From Deltaproteobacteria bacterium (lineage in GTDB: Bacteria > Myxococcota_A > UBA9160 > SMWR01), in contig JAFDEI010000040.1 of assembly GCA_019310425.1 (NCBI GenBank), positions 108 through 64,107 on the forward strand: a stretch of 64,000 nucleotides of DNA. Direction: 5' to 3'. The position numbers and the translations under genes were made by a program. How positions within the stretch are numbered: the stretch's first letter is position 1; each line of letters begins with the position of its first letter. Under the pieces are notes generated by a model. That model was not told the origin of the DNA, did no database searches, and saw nothing but the letters and a program-made list of their open reading frames with translations. This document shows positions 55,775 to 64,000 of the stretch, piece by piece.

Positions 55775-57610
55775 TCAGCGTGGCGTATTGGCGGGGCTGC
55801 TTCCGGCCGTGAAGGGCGTGGTGTCCACGACCTGCAGGCTGGTGCCTCCGACCATCACGAGATGACGCCCGGCGAAGGACATCCGGTTCAACGCCTCGAG
55901 GCCGACCATGTCAATAGTGTGAGCATCGGCCACGTTCGAGACCAGCAGGCCGCGATCACTCAGCAGGTAGAGTCGCCCGCGCAGAACGATCGCGTCACGG
56001 ATTTCACCACGGTCGACCCTCGTAATGCGTGATCGGATCCGCGGTGCCATCGGCCGGGAGACATCGACGAGCAGAACGTCCTCGTCCCCCATCACGACCA
56101 GCGTGGTTCCCCAGACCCGAATCCGCCCGGGGCCAAAGCCACTGCTGATCCGCAGTTCGTTCTCGGCCTTCTTTCGCATCAGCATTGGCAGGGACGATGT
56201 AAAGAGAGATGAGCCGACGACGAAGTAGACACGTCCGCCGTGCATGGCCGCGCCCAGAACGGCCTGGTCGACGAGCTGCTGCGGCTGATTCGAGCCGGAT
56301 TCGAGCAGCATCAGGCCGCGGCTGCCCGCGAGCAGGATTCCGTCTCCGGTGCTTTCGACCGCGACGATGCTGCCGATCGTGGCGCGGTCGAGACTCAGGA
56401 TCCGCTTTGGGCCGCCAGCGGTCAGCTCGACGAGTTCGAATCCGTCCCCACCGAAAATCGCGATCCGACCGTTGATGCTCCGTACGCCCTCCCATCTCGT
56501 GAGATCTCTCGGACGTACATAGCGCGAGATCACCTGGGGCTCCGCGGGGTCGCTGAGGTCGACGAGTTCGAAGCTCCCGTCCTCGAACAGTACCGCGGCG
56601 TGGTAATCGATCATCTCGACTGCGACGCCGGACTTCTTCACGTCGAACTCGGTGTGTGTCGCGAGGTGATTGCTCCAGGTCGCGTCCGCGAAGAAGAACG
56701 AATTCCAGTAGCTGTGGCCCGAGGCGCCGAGTGCAATGGACTGGTCGTCCTTGTAGTCGGAAAGCGCCACTTTGTGGCTGAACTCATCGCTGCGAATCGG
56801 ATCCGTGTCGCCCGGCCGTGTGAGCGTGACTTTCGTAGTCGCAACGATGCCAGCGGAGGACGACAGCCCTTCGCTCATCTCGGCGCGGACCTTGGCCTCG
56901 TGGTGCTCGATCGTGAGCAGCGCGTCGACCTCCGCTGCACGGGGATCGGTTGCACCCTCGAGGCGGATGAGCCTGACCTGCGATTTCGCGTAGTGAGCCC
57001 CTGCCCGCTCCGCGAAAGTTCTCGTCAGCTGTGGCGCACCCGGCGTGCCGGGATCGACCACCAGAATCAGGCCGATGCTTCGGATCTGGCGCTGGCGCCG
57101 CGTCTGGATCAGCGACACGCTGCGAAGAGCCTCGTCGGCGAAATCACTCGTCGGATGGCGATCGGCGAAGGCCGCCAGCTCGGACGGATCACCCGAGAAT
57201 CCGCGCTCGACAAGGTACTCGGCGTTGCCCCTTGCGCGATCGACGTGCGTGCTGTCGGGAAAATCAGCGAGAAATTCGCGGTAGGCTTCGACCGTTCCAC
57301 GGGCCCGGACCTGCTCGAAGACCCGATCTTCGACGATCGGCCGAAGTTCCTGGTTGAGCGGGCTATTCGGGTACTTCGCGCGCCACTCCGCGTAGCTTTC
57401 GGCAGTCGGGTGCTTCTTGAGCCGGGAAAACGCGAGCCGCTCCTTCGCCTCGTCAGCATGCGGCGAACGTGGATTCTCGCGCAGAAAGCGGTGATAACCA
57501 CCCGGCGAGTCCTTTTTCAGCGCCCGGTCCCAATGCTTGCTGCTCGACGCGCAGCCAAAAGCAAGCAGGACAACGATGACCATGACGGCAGGGCGACGGA
57601 TCGATCTCAC
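55775..57610 (-). CDS. lipoprotein with N-terminal short helical repeats and a C-terminal LVIVD-like beta-propeller region
   Basis: MRSIRRPAVMVIVVLLAFGC (lipobox). Four copies of Y-x-x-F/W-(L/R)-x-x-x-P-x-S (YHRFLRENPRSPH, YAEWRAKYPNSPL, YREFLADFPDSTH, LAAFADRHPTSDF). C-terminal repeats resemble LLVDVSRPMAP, LLVSNVADA and LQVVDTTPF. Confidence 0.6.
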   Translation of the reverse strand: MRSIRRPAVMVIVVLLAFGCASSSKHWDRALKKDSPGGYHRFLRENPRSPHADEAKERLAFSRLKKHPTAESYAEWRAKYPNSPLNQELRPIVEDRVFEQVRARGTVEAYREFLADFPDSTHVDRARGNAEYLVERGFSGDPSELAAFADRHPTSDFADEALRSVSLIQTRRQRQIRSIGLILVVDPGTPGAPQLTRTFAERAGAHYAKSQVRLIRLEGATDPRAAEVDALLTIEHHEAKVRAEMSEGLSSSAGIVATTKVTLTRPGDTDPIRSDEFSHKVALSDYKDDQSIALGASGHSYWNSFFFADATWSNHLATHTEFDVKKSGVAVEMIDYHAAVLFEDGSFELVDLSDPAEPQVISRYVRPRDLTRWEGVRSINGRIAIFGGDGFELVELTAGGPKRILSLDRATIGSIVAVESTGDGILLAGSRGLMLLESGSNQPQQLVDQAVLGAAMHGGRVYFVVGSSLFTSSLPMLMRKKAENELRISSGFGPGRIRVWGTTLVVMGDEDVLLVDVSRPMAPRIRSRITRVDRGEIRDAIVLRGRLYLLSDRGLLVSNVADAHTIDMVGLEALNRMSFAGRHLVMVGGTSLQVVDTTPFTAGSSPANTPR

Positions 57611-57936
57611 GGCGAATTCCTCCGGCTATTGGATCGGGTCCTCAGGCGGGACTCTTGAGCCGCGCCGCCATCGCCAAGAGCCGTCCCAACGCTGTTCCGA
57701 GGCTTCGAACCTGCATGGAATCTTCCTGGATCACGAGACACCGGACTGCAGCGATTTCGCGAAGCGTCGGCGTCGGCGTCGGCATCGCATCCGCCGGCAG
57801 CCGCCTCGCCCTATCGTGCTTCACAAGCGGTGCAGCGCACCTGCTCACGCCGCCCCTGGGCCTCCTGGAGCTCCCATCCACTCATCGTGACGTGGTAGCC
57901 TGAGCGGGCGAGCCCCGACGAAGAAGGGAGAACAAG

Positions 57937-58746
57937 ATGGGCGAACGATTTCTCGATCGAACGGTCTTGGTCACCGGAGCGTCCTCCGGAGTCGGTGAAG
58001 CCGCCGCTCGGCAGTTTGCCGCCGAAGGCGCGCGGGTATTGCTCGTCGCGCGGACCGCATCGGCGCTCGACGCAATCGCCAAGGAGATCGGCGAGCGAGC
58101 GATCGCAATTCCGACCGACGTTTCCGATGGCGAACAGGTCCAAGCACTGGTCGACCGCGTGCTGTATGACGTCGGCGACCTCCACGTGTTGGTCAACAAC
58201 GCGGGATTCAACCACCGCGGTGAACTCCTCGATACCGATCCGGCCGCGCTCTCACACATCATCGACGTCAACCTGAAGGCGCCGATCCTGCTGACACGGG
58301 CGTTTCTCCCCCACCTCGTAAAGCACGCGAAGGCGAACGTGGTGAACGTCGCATCGATCGCGGGCCAGGTTCCGCTGCCCGGCGAGGCCACCTATTGCGC
58401 GTCGAAGTTCGGGCTGCGCGGGTTCAGCATGTCGATCGCAGAAGAGCTGCGCAAAACGTCGGTTCGGGTCTCGCTGGTCTCGCCCGGCCCGATCGACACC
58501 GGTTTCCTGACCGACGACATCGACGCGGTACCCGACCTGGTCTTCTCACAGCCGATGAGCACTGCCGAGGAAGTTGCGCGGGCGGTACTGGACTGCGCCC
58601 ACGACGGGCGGCTGGAACGCACATTGCCCCGGCTATCCGGAACGTTGGCGACTGCGGGCTATCTGATGCCCGACTTGCCGCGCCTGCTGCGACCGATCCT
58701 GGAATCGCAGGGTCGCCGCGCCAAGGCGAAGTACCGGAAGGACTGA
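57937..58746 (+). CDS. SDR family oxidoreductase
   Basis: VLVTGASSGVGEA (TGxxxGxG), NNAG and YCASK (YxxxK). RBS AAGGGAG. Confidence 0.88.
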   Translation: MGERFLDRTVLVTGASSGVGEAAARQFAAEGARVLLVARTASALDAIAKEIGERAIAIPTDVSDGEQVQALVDRVLYDVGDLHVLVNNAGFNHRGELLDTDPAALSHIIDVNLKAPILLTRAFLPHLVKHAKANVVNVASIAGQVPLPGEATYCASKFGLRGFSMSIAEELRKTSVRVSLVSPGPIDTGFLTDDIDAVPDLVFSQPMSTAEEVARAVLDCAHDGRLERTLPRLSGTLATAGYLMPDLPRLLRPILESQGRRAKAKYRKD

Positions 58747-60449
58747 TGTACGAGCAGCTACGAGAAGTCTGGCAAGAGCTGACCGCGCCCGGCGCCCTCT
58801 TCGAGGTCCACCAGGTCGTAACACACGGCGTTCCGGTTCGGGCCTATGCATCGGCGCCGTCCTCGCTTCGCGAGGTGTGGCTGGGCTCCGCCGGCCACGA
58901 CGACAAGGAATACCTCGTCTACCAAGACGAGCGATGGACCTTCAGCAAGGCGCACCGCGACGTGACGTCGATCGCCTCGTGGCTGGTAGAGCGCGGCATC
59001 GGGCCCGGCGATCGCGTTGCGATCGCGATGCGCAACTACCCCGAATGGATGCTCGCCTATTGGGCGACGATCTCGATCGGGGCGACCTGCGTGGGAATGA
59101 ACGCGTGGTGGACCGGGCCCGAACTGGCATACGGGCTCACCGACGCCGACCCGAAGGTCCTGATCTGCGACGGTGAACGCCTCGAGCGCATACTGCCGCA
59201 TGCTGCAGAGCTCGGTTCCCGCGAGCTGATTGCGGTGCGCGCCGCCGAGCCGCTTCCCGACCGCGCGATCGCATGGTCGGAACTCCTCGGGCACGATGCC
59301 TCTCTCCCCGACCTGACCATCGACCCGGACTCGGACGCGTGCATCTTCTACACCTCGGGTACTACCGGACGACCCAAGGGCGCACAGCTCACGCACCGCG
59401 GCTGCGTGAACAACCTCTACAGCCTGATGTTCTGGAACATGGCCGCAGCCGCGGCGAGTGCTCGTGCGAAGGGTCCGAGCAGCAGTTCCGACGATCCCAC
59501 TCCCCTGAAAATAGTCTCGTTGGTCTGCACGCCGCTCTTCCACGTGACTGCGAACAACTGTGTGGCGCATTCAGCGACGCTCGCAGGCGGCAAGCTGATT
59601 TTCATGTACAAGTGGAACGCAGGCCACGCGCTCGAATTGATCGAACGCGAGCGCGTCACGCATCTGAGCGGCGTTCCGACGATGTCGCGCGAACTGCTCG
59701 CCCACTCCGATTTCGAAAAGACCGACACCTCGAGCCTGAAATCACTTGGTGGCGGCGGCGCCCAGATCCAGCCGGATCTCGTCGACAAGATCGACCGCTT
59801 CGTCGCGACGGCGCGGCCGACGACCGGTTACGGGATGACGGAGACATGCGGAATCATCACTGCAAACTCTGCAGACTACTTCGTCGACAAGCCCGCGAGC
59901 GCGGGGCCCGCCATGCCCGTCTTCGAAACGAAGTGCGTCGACCAGGACGGCAAGGATGTCGGACCGGGCGAGATCGGCGAGCTGTGCGTTCGCGGCGCAC
60001 AGGTCATTCGCGGATACCTCAATCGCCCGGAAGCGACCGCCGAGGCAATCCAAGACGGCTGGCTCCGAACCGGGGATGTCGCGCGGATCGACGAAGACGG
60101 ATTCATCTTCATCGTCGACCGCGCCAAGGACATGGTGCTGCGCGGCGGTGAGAACGTCTACTGCGCAGACGTCGAAGCGACCATTGCAAGCCACGTCGCG
60201 GTGCTCGAGTGCGCGGTATTCGGTGTCGAGGATGAACGCCTCGGAGAAGAGGTTGCGGCCGCGGTCCACGCCGACCCGAAATCCGGGCTCAACGCCGAAG
60301 CACTGCGTGCATTCTGTGCGGAAAATCTCGCGAATTACAAGATCCCGCGATACCTGTGGCTACTCGACGAGCCGCTGCCGCGAAATGCGAGCGGGAAATT
60401 CCTGAAGAAGCAGCTGCGAGCCGACCTCGACCCGGCCGACGCGCAATAG
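58746..60449 (+). CDS. AMP-dependent acyl-CoA synthetase/ligase
   Basis: ATG 58746 overlaps the SDR stop (TGATG). IFYTSGTTGRPKGAQLTH (AMP-binding P-loop), TGYGMTETCG, GWLRTGDVARIDEDGFIFIVDRAKD and PRNASGKFLKK. Confidence 0.88.
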   Translation: MYEQLREVWQELTAPGALFEVHQVVTHGVPVRAYASAPSSLREVWLGSAGHDDKEYLVYQDERWTFSKAHRDVTSIASWLVERGIGPGDRVAIAMRNYPEWMLAYWATISIGATCVGMNAWWTGPELAYGLTDADPKVLICDGERLERILPHAAELGSRELIAVRAAEPLPDRAIAWSELLGHDASLPDLTIDPDSDACIFYTSGTTGRPKGAQLTHRGCVNNLYSLMFWNMAAAAASARAKGPSSSSDDPTPLKIVSLVCTPLFHVTANNCVAHSATLAGGKLIFMYKWNAGHALELIERERVTHLSGVPTMSRELLAHSDFEKTDTSSLKSLGGGGAQIQPDLVDKIDRFVATARPTTGYGMTETCGIITANSADYFVDKPASAGPAMPVFETKCVDQDGKDVGPGEIGELCVRGAQVIRGYLNRPEATAEAIQDGWLRTGDVARIDEDGFIFIVDRAKDMVLRGGENVYCADVEATIASHVAVLECAVFGVEDERLGEEVAAAVHADPKSGLNAEALRAFCAENLANYKIPRYLWLLDEPLPRNASGKFLKKQLRADLDPADAQ

Positions 60450-60568
60450 CGAAAACTGGCTCCGCTTCGGACGCGGTACCGCGAACTTCACGATGCTCTC
60501 GCGTGTCGACCCCACGTAGTGGCGGGGCGTACGGATACACCAACGTGCGAAGAGAACTGGAGATCCCC

Positions 60569-61288
60569 ATGATGAAGAACCGGCAGAGTTTCGCCTTCTC
60601 GTTCCTGATCACCTTCTGGCTGATCGCTTGTGGCAGCGGAGACACCGAGACGCCGGCAGCCGCACAATCGGCCTCCGCTCCGAACGAGGCCGCCGCCGTA
60701 CAGAGTGACCCGGCCGCAGCCGACGAAGCGACTCCGGCGCCCGCGGCGCAAGACGAGGCCGCTGAAGAGACGACCGCCGCCGAAGGCGAGGAACCGGATC
60801 TCGACGAGAGCGACCTCACACACGGTGGAAGCATCGAGATCAAAGAGTATTCGGTGGCGTTCATCGGCAGCGCCAGCCTCGGCAAGGGAACGCTGCGCGT
60901 GGGCGGTGCAGCGCACCCCTTCCGGATCGGCGGCCTCGGCCTTGGTGGCATCGGAATCGCGTCGATCGACGCGCGCGGGAACGTCTACAACCTCCACGAC
61001 CTCGGCGATTTCCCAGGCGCGTTCGGAAAAGCCCGAGTCGGGGCCACGGCGGCAGACAAGGGCAAGGGCAAGTTGTGGCTCAAGAACACCAAGGGCGTGG
61101 TGATCGAGCTCTGGTCCGAGATGGAGGGCCTCGCGCTCACGCTCGGCGTTGACGGCATCGTGGTGCAATGGGAGGCCGACTACCAGAGCGGCCTACAGGA
61201 CGTGCAAGATGGAACGCAGAAGGCCTGGGACGACACCAAGACGGGAACCCGCAAGGCGATCGATGCCATGAAGAAGCCTTTCGAGTAG
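60569..61288 (+). CDS. lipoprotein of unknown function
   Basis: MMKNRQSFAFSFLITFWLIAC (lipobox), an Ala/Glu/Pro-rich linker, then a Gly-rich beta-type domain (FRIGGLGLGGIGIASIDARGNVYNL). RBS GGAGA. Confidence 0.6.
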   Translation: MMKNRQSFAFSFLITFWLIACGSGDTETPAAAQSASAPNEAAAVQSDPAAADEATPAPAAQDEAAEETTAAEGEEPDLDESDLTHGGSIEIKEYSVAFIGSASLGKGTLRVGGAAHPFRIGGLGLGGIGIASIDARGNVYNLHDLGDFPGAFGKARVGATAADKGKGKLWLKNTKGVVIELWSEMEGLALTLGVDGIVVQWEADYQSGLQDVQDGTQKAWDDTKTGTRKAIDAMKKPFE

Positions 61289-61327
61289 AGCGGTCGGGCT
61301 TCACGTCGTTCTGCGAACCGCCCGCTC
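61288..61327. terminator. hairpin between convergent genes (bidirectional terminator candidate)
   Basis: GAGCGGTCGG (61288-61297) pairs with CCGCCCGCTC (61318-61327) with one mismatch. The loop contains CGTCGTTCTGCG, resembling the repeat family. Confidence 0.45.
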
Positions 61328-61328
61328 T

Positions 61329-63305
61329 TCATTGAACCGGGTAGCGGTAGAGCCCGATGTTGACGAGTGCGAGGCCGACGAGAACGCAATCTCCCGCAAT
61401 CCGAACGGGAACCGAGCTTGCGCCGACGAGGTTCCGGCCGCGCGCGAGATGCACGCCGAAGATTGGCACCAGCGACAGTACGAAGAAGGCCTTCACCGTG
61501 CTGTAGAACGGAACTTCGAGTGAGAACAAGAGCAGCGCCGTGAGGCTCCATGCGGGGACCGCGACCAACAGGAAGTCGACACTCTGAAAAGGCCGCGCGA
61601 TTGTGCGGCGGGTCGACTCGACGAATCCGACCACGATCAGGATCGTGGGCCAGAGTGCAAGCAACAGCGCGAACGCACTCCAGATCGGCAATCGGACGTC
61701 GCCCGGGTTCAGGAAACTCTGGAAGGGGTCGCTCCACATCGATACGTAGATACCATCCGGCCACGACAGCCACGGCGCGTGTTCGATCGGTTGTAGGAAG
61801 AGTCGACCGAAGGCGAAGTAGTAGCTCGGCGTCCGGTAACCCGGGTCCTGCTCGTACGCAAAGCCGGTGGCGGTGTCCCAGTTCCCGACGAACGGATCCC
61901 CGAACTGCGTCAGATTGCGCAGGTACAACCAGCCCGACAAGGCGAGGACCGGGATGAGGAAGGCTAGAATCGGGCGCCACTCGAGACGAGACTCGCCTCC
62001 GAACAGACTCCGACTCGCCAACAGGAGCACCGCACTTGCGACGGTGAAGAGTGCGGTGTACTTCGACAAAAGCGCGAGCGCGCAGAGCAGACCCGCCAGG
62101 ATGGCAATGCGCGGAACGCGGATGTCACGCACGGTAGCGACGAAGCAAAACGCGAGTGCGATTGCGAACGCGGAAAAAGTCTCGTTGCTGATCATCGGGC
62201 TGCAATAGAGCAGCATCGGGAGGAATGCCGCGAACGCAGTCGCGACCACGCGAGATGCTTCGTCTTCGAACAGGTGACGGGAAAGCCACCACGTGAGAAG
62301 TACGAGCCCGAAGCCCGCGGCAGCCCCTAGAAACTGGACTGCCTTGAGTGCTGCTTCGCGGTTCTCCGCCCCACCCGCGCTGCTGTACACCGCGGCCGCG
62401 AGAAAATAGTAACCGGGCGGCTGATACATCTGGAAACCATCCCGGGGGTCGGGTACGCGCCAGCCGTCCGCCACCGCTTCGACATACTCGATGTGGTTCT
62501 CGCCATCGAAGTATGTGCGCTGGTGCGGATAGTGGATGGCATTCCAGGCGTGACAGCCGAACGCGACCACGAGAACGACAGTCGATGCGATGCGTCTGGG
62601 CGACGTACGGGCTGCCGACCGATCGATTCCCGGACGAGTACTGGCCGGTCGGCGAATCAACGCCCAGGCGACAGCGCCAATCAGCAACACCATCCAGGCG
62701 AACACCACGACCGCAGCACCCCCTTGCCCCGCCCATTGCACGAGCGCACCCGGTTCGTGTCGGCGAAACTCGAAATCCCTGGGCACTTCGGCCATCGGCG
62801 GCACAGCAGGCCGCGCGCGAAGCGGGTCGGAGGCCGATGTCGCCTGCCATGCACCGGGCGTACGCAACGCTTCTGGCGCGGTCACCATCAATGCTGCAAC
62901 GCTGCCCGGATTGTGGACCCGGACGACGAGTTCATTACGCCCGCGTCGAAGGTGCGGTGCAAGGTCGACCCGAATCGCGTGCTTCCAGTGGTCGGGCGCC
63001 GTCAGAGCGACATTGACCCCGTTCACCTTCAGCACCGCGTCGGTGAACGCCAAATACACGATCTCGAGTCGTTTCGGCGGGACCGACATCTCGAATTCGA
63101 GCGAGAACGAAATATCGTCGGAAACCGGCCCACCGCGCATATTGCGAACGTGGTGATCGGGTGCAAGCACCCAATTCGCACCAGCCCGCGGCGTCAGGAA
63201 TTCAATTCGGGGGTTCCAGAGCGCCTGTGCGGCGAGATAGAACAGCGGTAGAATGAAGACAACGATGACGAACAATACTCGGCCGTGTGATTCGCTTCGC
63301 TCCAC
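61329..63305 (-). CDS. GT-C fold membrane glycosyltransferase (ArnT / PMT, GT39/GT83-like) with an extra N-terminal periplasmic domain
   Basis: 658 aa with many TM helices. FDGENHIEYVEAV...YQPPGYYFLAA is typical of the first periplasmic loop of ArnT/PMT-like enzymes. GTG start lies 3 nt after the sulfatase stop. Confidence 0.7.
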   Translation of the reverse strand: MERSESHGRVLFVIVVFILPLFYLAAQALWNPRIEFLTPRAGANWVLAPDHHVRNMRGGPVSDDISFSLEFEMSVPPKRLEIVYLAFTDAVLKVNGVNVALTAPDHWKHAIRVDLAPHLRRGRNELVVRVHNPGSVAALMVTAPEALRTPGAWQATSASDPLRARPAVPPMAEVPRDFEFRRHEPGALVQWAGQGGAAVVVFAWMVLLIGAVAWALIRRPASTRPGIDRSAARTSPRRIASTVVLVVAFGCHAWNAIHYPHQRTYFDGENHIEYVEAVADGWRVPDPRDGFQMYQPPGYYFLAAAVYSSAGGAENREAALKAVQFLGAAAGFGLVLLTWWLSRHLFEDEASRVVATAFAAFLPMLLYCSPMISNETFSAFAIALAFCFVATVRDIRVPRIAILAGLLCALALLSKYTALFTVASAVLLLASRSLFGGESRLEWRPILAFLIPVLALSGWLYLRNLTQFGDPFVGNWDTATGFAYEQDPGYRTPSYYFAFGRLFLQPIEHAPWLSWPDGIYVSMWSDPFQSFLNPGDVRLPIWSAFALLLALWPTILIVVGFVESTRRTIARPFQSVDFLLVAVPAWSLTALLLFSLEVPFYSTVKAFFVLSLVPIFGVHLARGRNLVGASSVPVRIAGDCVLVGLALVNIGLYRYPVQ

Positions 63306-63308
63306 CGG

Positions 63309-64000
63309 TCAGTCGCTGTAGCCCAACGCGCGCAGCCCAGACCTCTGCTCGTCACTGAGGTCGCCGTCGGGCCGCTCATCCCACACGGTCAACGGGTGCG
63401 CGCGGAGCAGGCCGTCGAGGCGCTCGCGCACATCGCGTTCGGTTGCAGAACGGTCGATCTGCTGCTGCTCGTCGGTGGCGGATTCGTAGAGTTCGAGGAC
63501 GTCGCGTCGATCACCCGCCAGCAGCGTCCACCCCTGGGTCGTCATCGCGGCGTGGTGCCGCTTTCGCCGCCAGACCGAGGTGACGAGCGGGTCGCCGTGC
63601 AGCTCACTCAGCGCAGCGTCGCCCTCCGCGGAGACGGCCGCCACAGGCGGCCCCATGCTCCGGGCGTGCGATGCCCCCGAAATCTCACGCGCGTCATCGA
63701 TTCCCGCTAGTTCGAGGACCGTCGGGCCGACATCGACGAGCTCGATGATCGACGCGACACGTGTGCCGCCCCCCAACCCGCCGGGCTTCCGCAAGATCAA
63801 CGGCACGTGGATCTGTTCGCGATAGAGCGTGAACATATGAAATAAACTGCCATGATCCATGAATTCTTCGCCGTGATCCGACAGCAACACCACGATCGAA
63901 TCCTCGTACGCGCCGATCGCACGCAGATGGTCGAGCAACCGACCGACCTCCGCATCCGCGGTCGCGACTTCGGCGTCGTAGAGCGACTGCAGGTGCTCGA
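63309..64000 (-). CDS. sulfatase family protein (C-terminal part; 5' end beyond the window)
   Basis: The frame is open to position 64000: ...LYDAEVATADAEVGRLLDHLRAIGAYEDSIVVLLSDHGEEF...HVPLILRKPG...DVGPTVLELAG, typical of the alkaline-phosphatase-superfamily sulfatase C-terminal half. Confidence 0.8.
   Translation of the reverse strand, partial: EHLQSLYDAEVATADAEVGRLLDHLRAIGAYEDSIVVLLSDHGEEFMDHGSLFHMFTLYREQIHVPLILRKPGGLGGGTRVASIIELVDVGPTVLELAGIDDAREISGASHARSMGPPVAAVSAEGDAALSELHGDPLVTSVWRRKRHHAAMTTQGWTLLAGDRRDVLELYESATDEQQQIDRSATERDVRERLDGLLRAHPLTVWDERPDGDLSDEQRSGLRALGYSD

Noticed and set aside
57701-57712. GGCTTCGAACC, reminiscent of a tRNA T-arm (GGTTCGAAnCC).
   Set aside because: Flanking bases do not form a T-stem (GAGG versus CCTG), and no acceptor, D or anticodon arms can be drawn. 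I found no tRNA anywhere in the window.
1-64000. Search for CRISPR arrays, prophage/integrase/transposase genes, toxin-antitoxin or other defence modules, rRNA and tRNA genes.
   Set aside because: None found. There are no regularly spaced direct repeats, no recombinase, nuclease or helicase-type accessory ORFs, and every intergenic gap is under 370 nt.

Overview
GC-rich bacterial chromosomal segment, densely coding on both strands and mostly core housekeeping. Genes recognised: purL/purQ/purC/purS/purB and purE; cdsA-dut; the rimP-nusA-infB-DUF503-rbfA-truB-rpsO-pnp cluster; pyrK-pyrD; an NtrY/NtrX-like sigma-54 two-component pair; lpxC; yebC-ruvC-ruvA-ruvB; aroE; a 7Fe-type ferredoxin; an rplX-rpmG pair; a family-4 uracil-DNA glycosylase; acyl-CoA/lipid genes (DUF35 protein, thiolase-like, acyl-CoA dehydrogenase, SDR, acyl-CoA ligase); and a glycoconjugate set (sulfotransferase, flippase-like membrane protein, methyltransferase, UDP-GlcNAc 2-epimerase-like, GT2, GT-C/ArnT-like, sulfatase). 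I saw no rRNA, tRNA, CRISPR array, transposase/integrase or recognisable defence genes, so this is not an obvious accessory or defence island. The most unusual content is: (1) a 2,622-aa all-TPR ORF followed closely by a PilZ-like ORF; (2) a membrane-anchored TPR protein with a C-terminal Hanks kinase; (3) a lid-less acidic-tailed Hsp70 with a J-domain/TPR partner; (4) a lipoprotein fusing two thioredoxin-like domains to eight CXXCH haem motifs; (5) a dispersed short intergenic repeat/hairpin family. Separately, pnp, nusA and ruvB have broken reading frames, and an acyl-CoA dehydrogenase seems to lack a conserved segment. That points to assembly or sequencing lesions, or less likely to real gene decay. 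The gene repertoire is reminiscent of Myxococcota/deltaproteobacteria-like organisms, but this is inference only. All calls rest on reading the supplied ORF translations and my own translations, with no database search.
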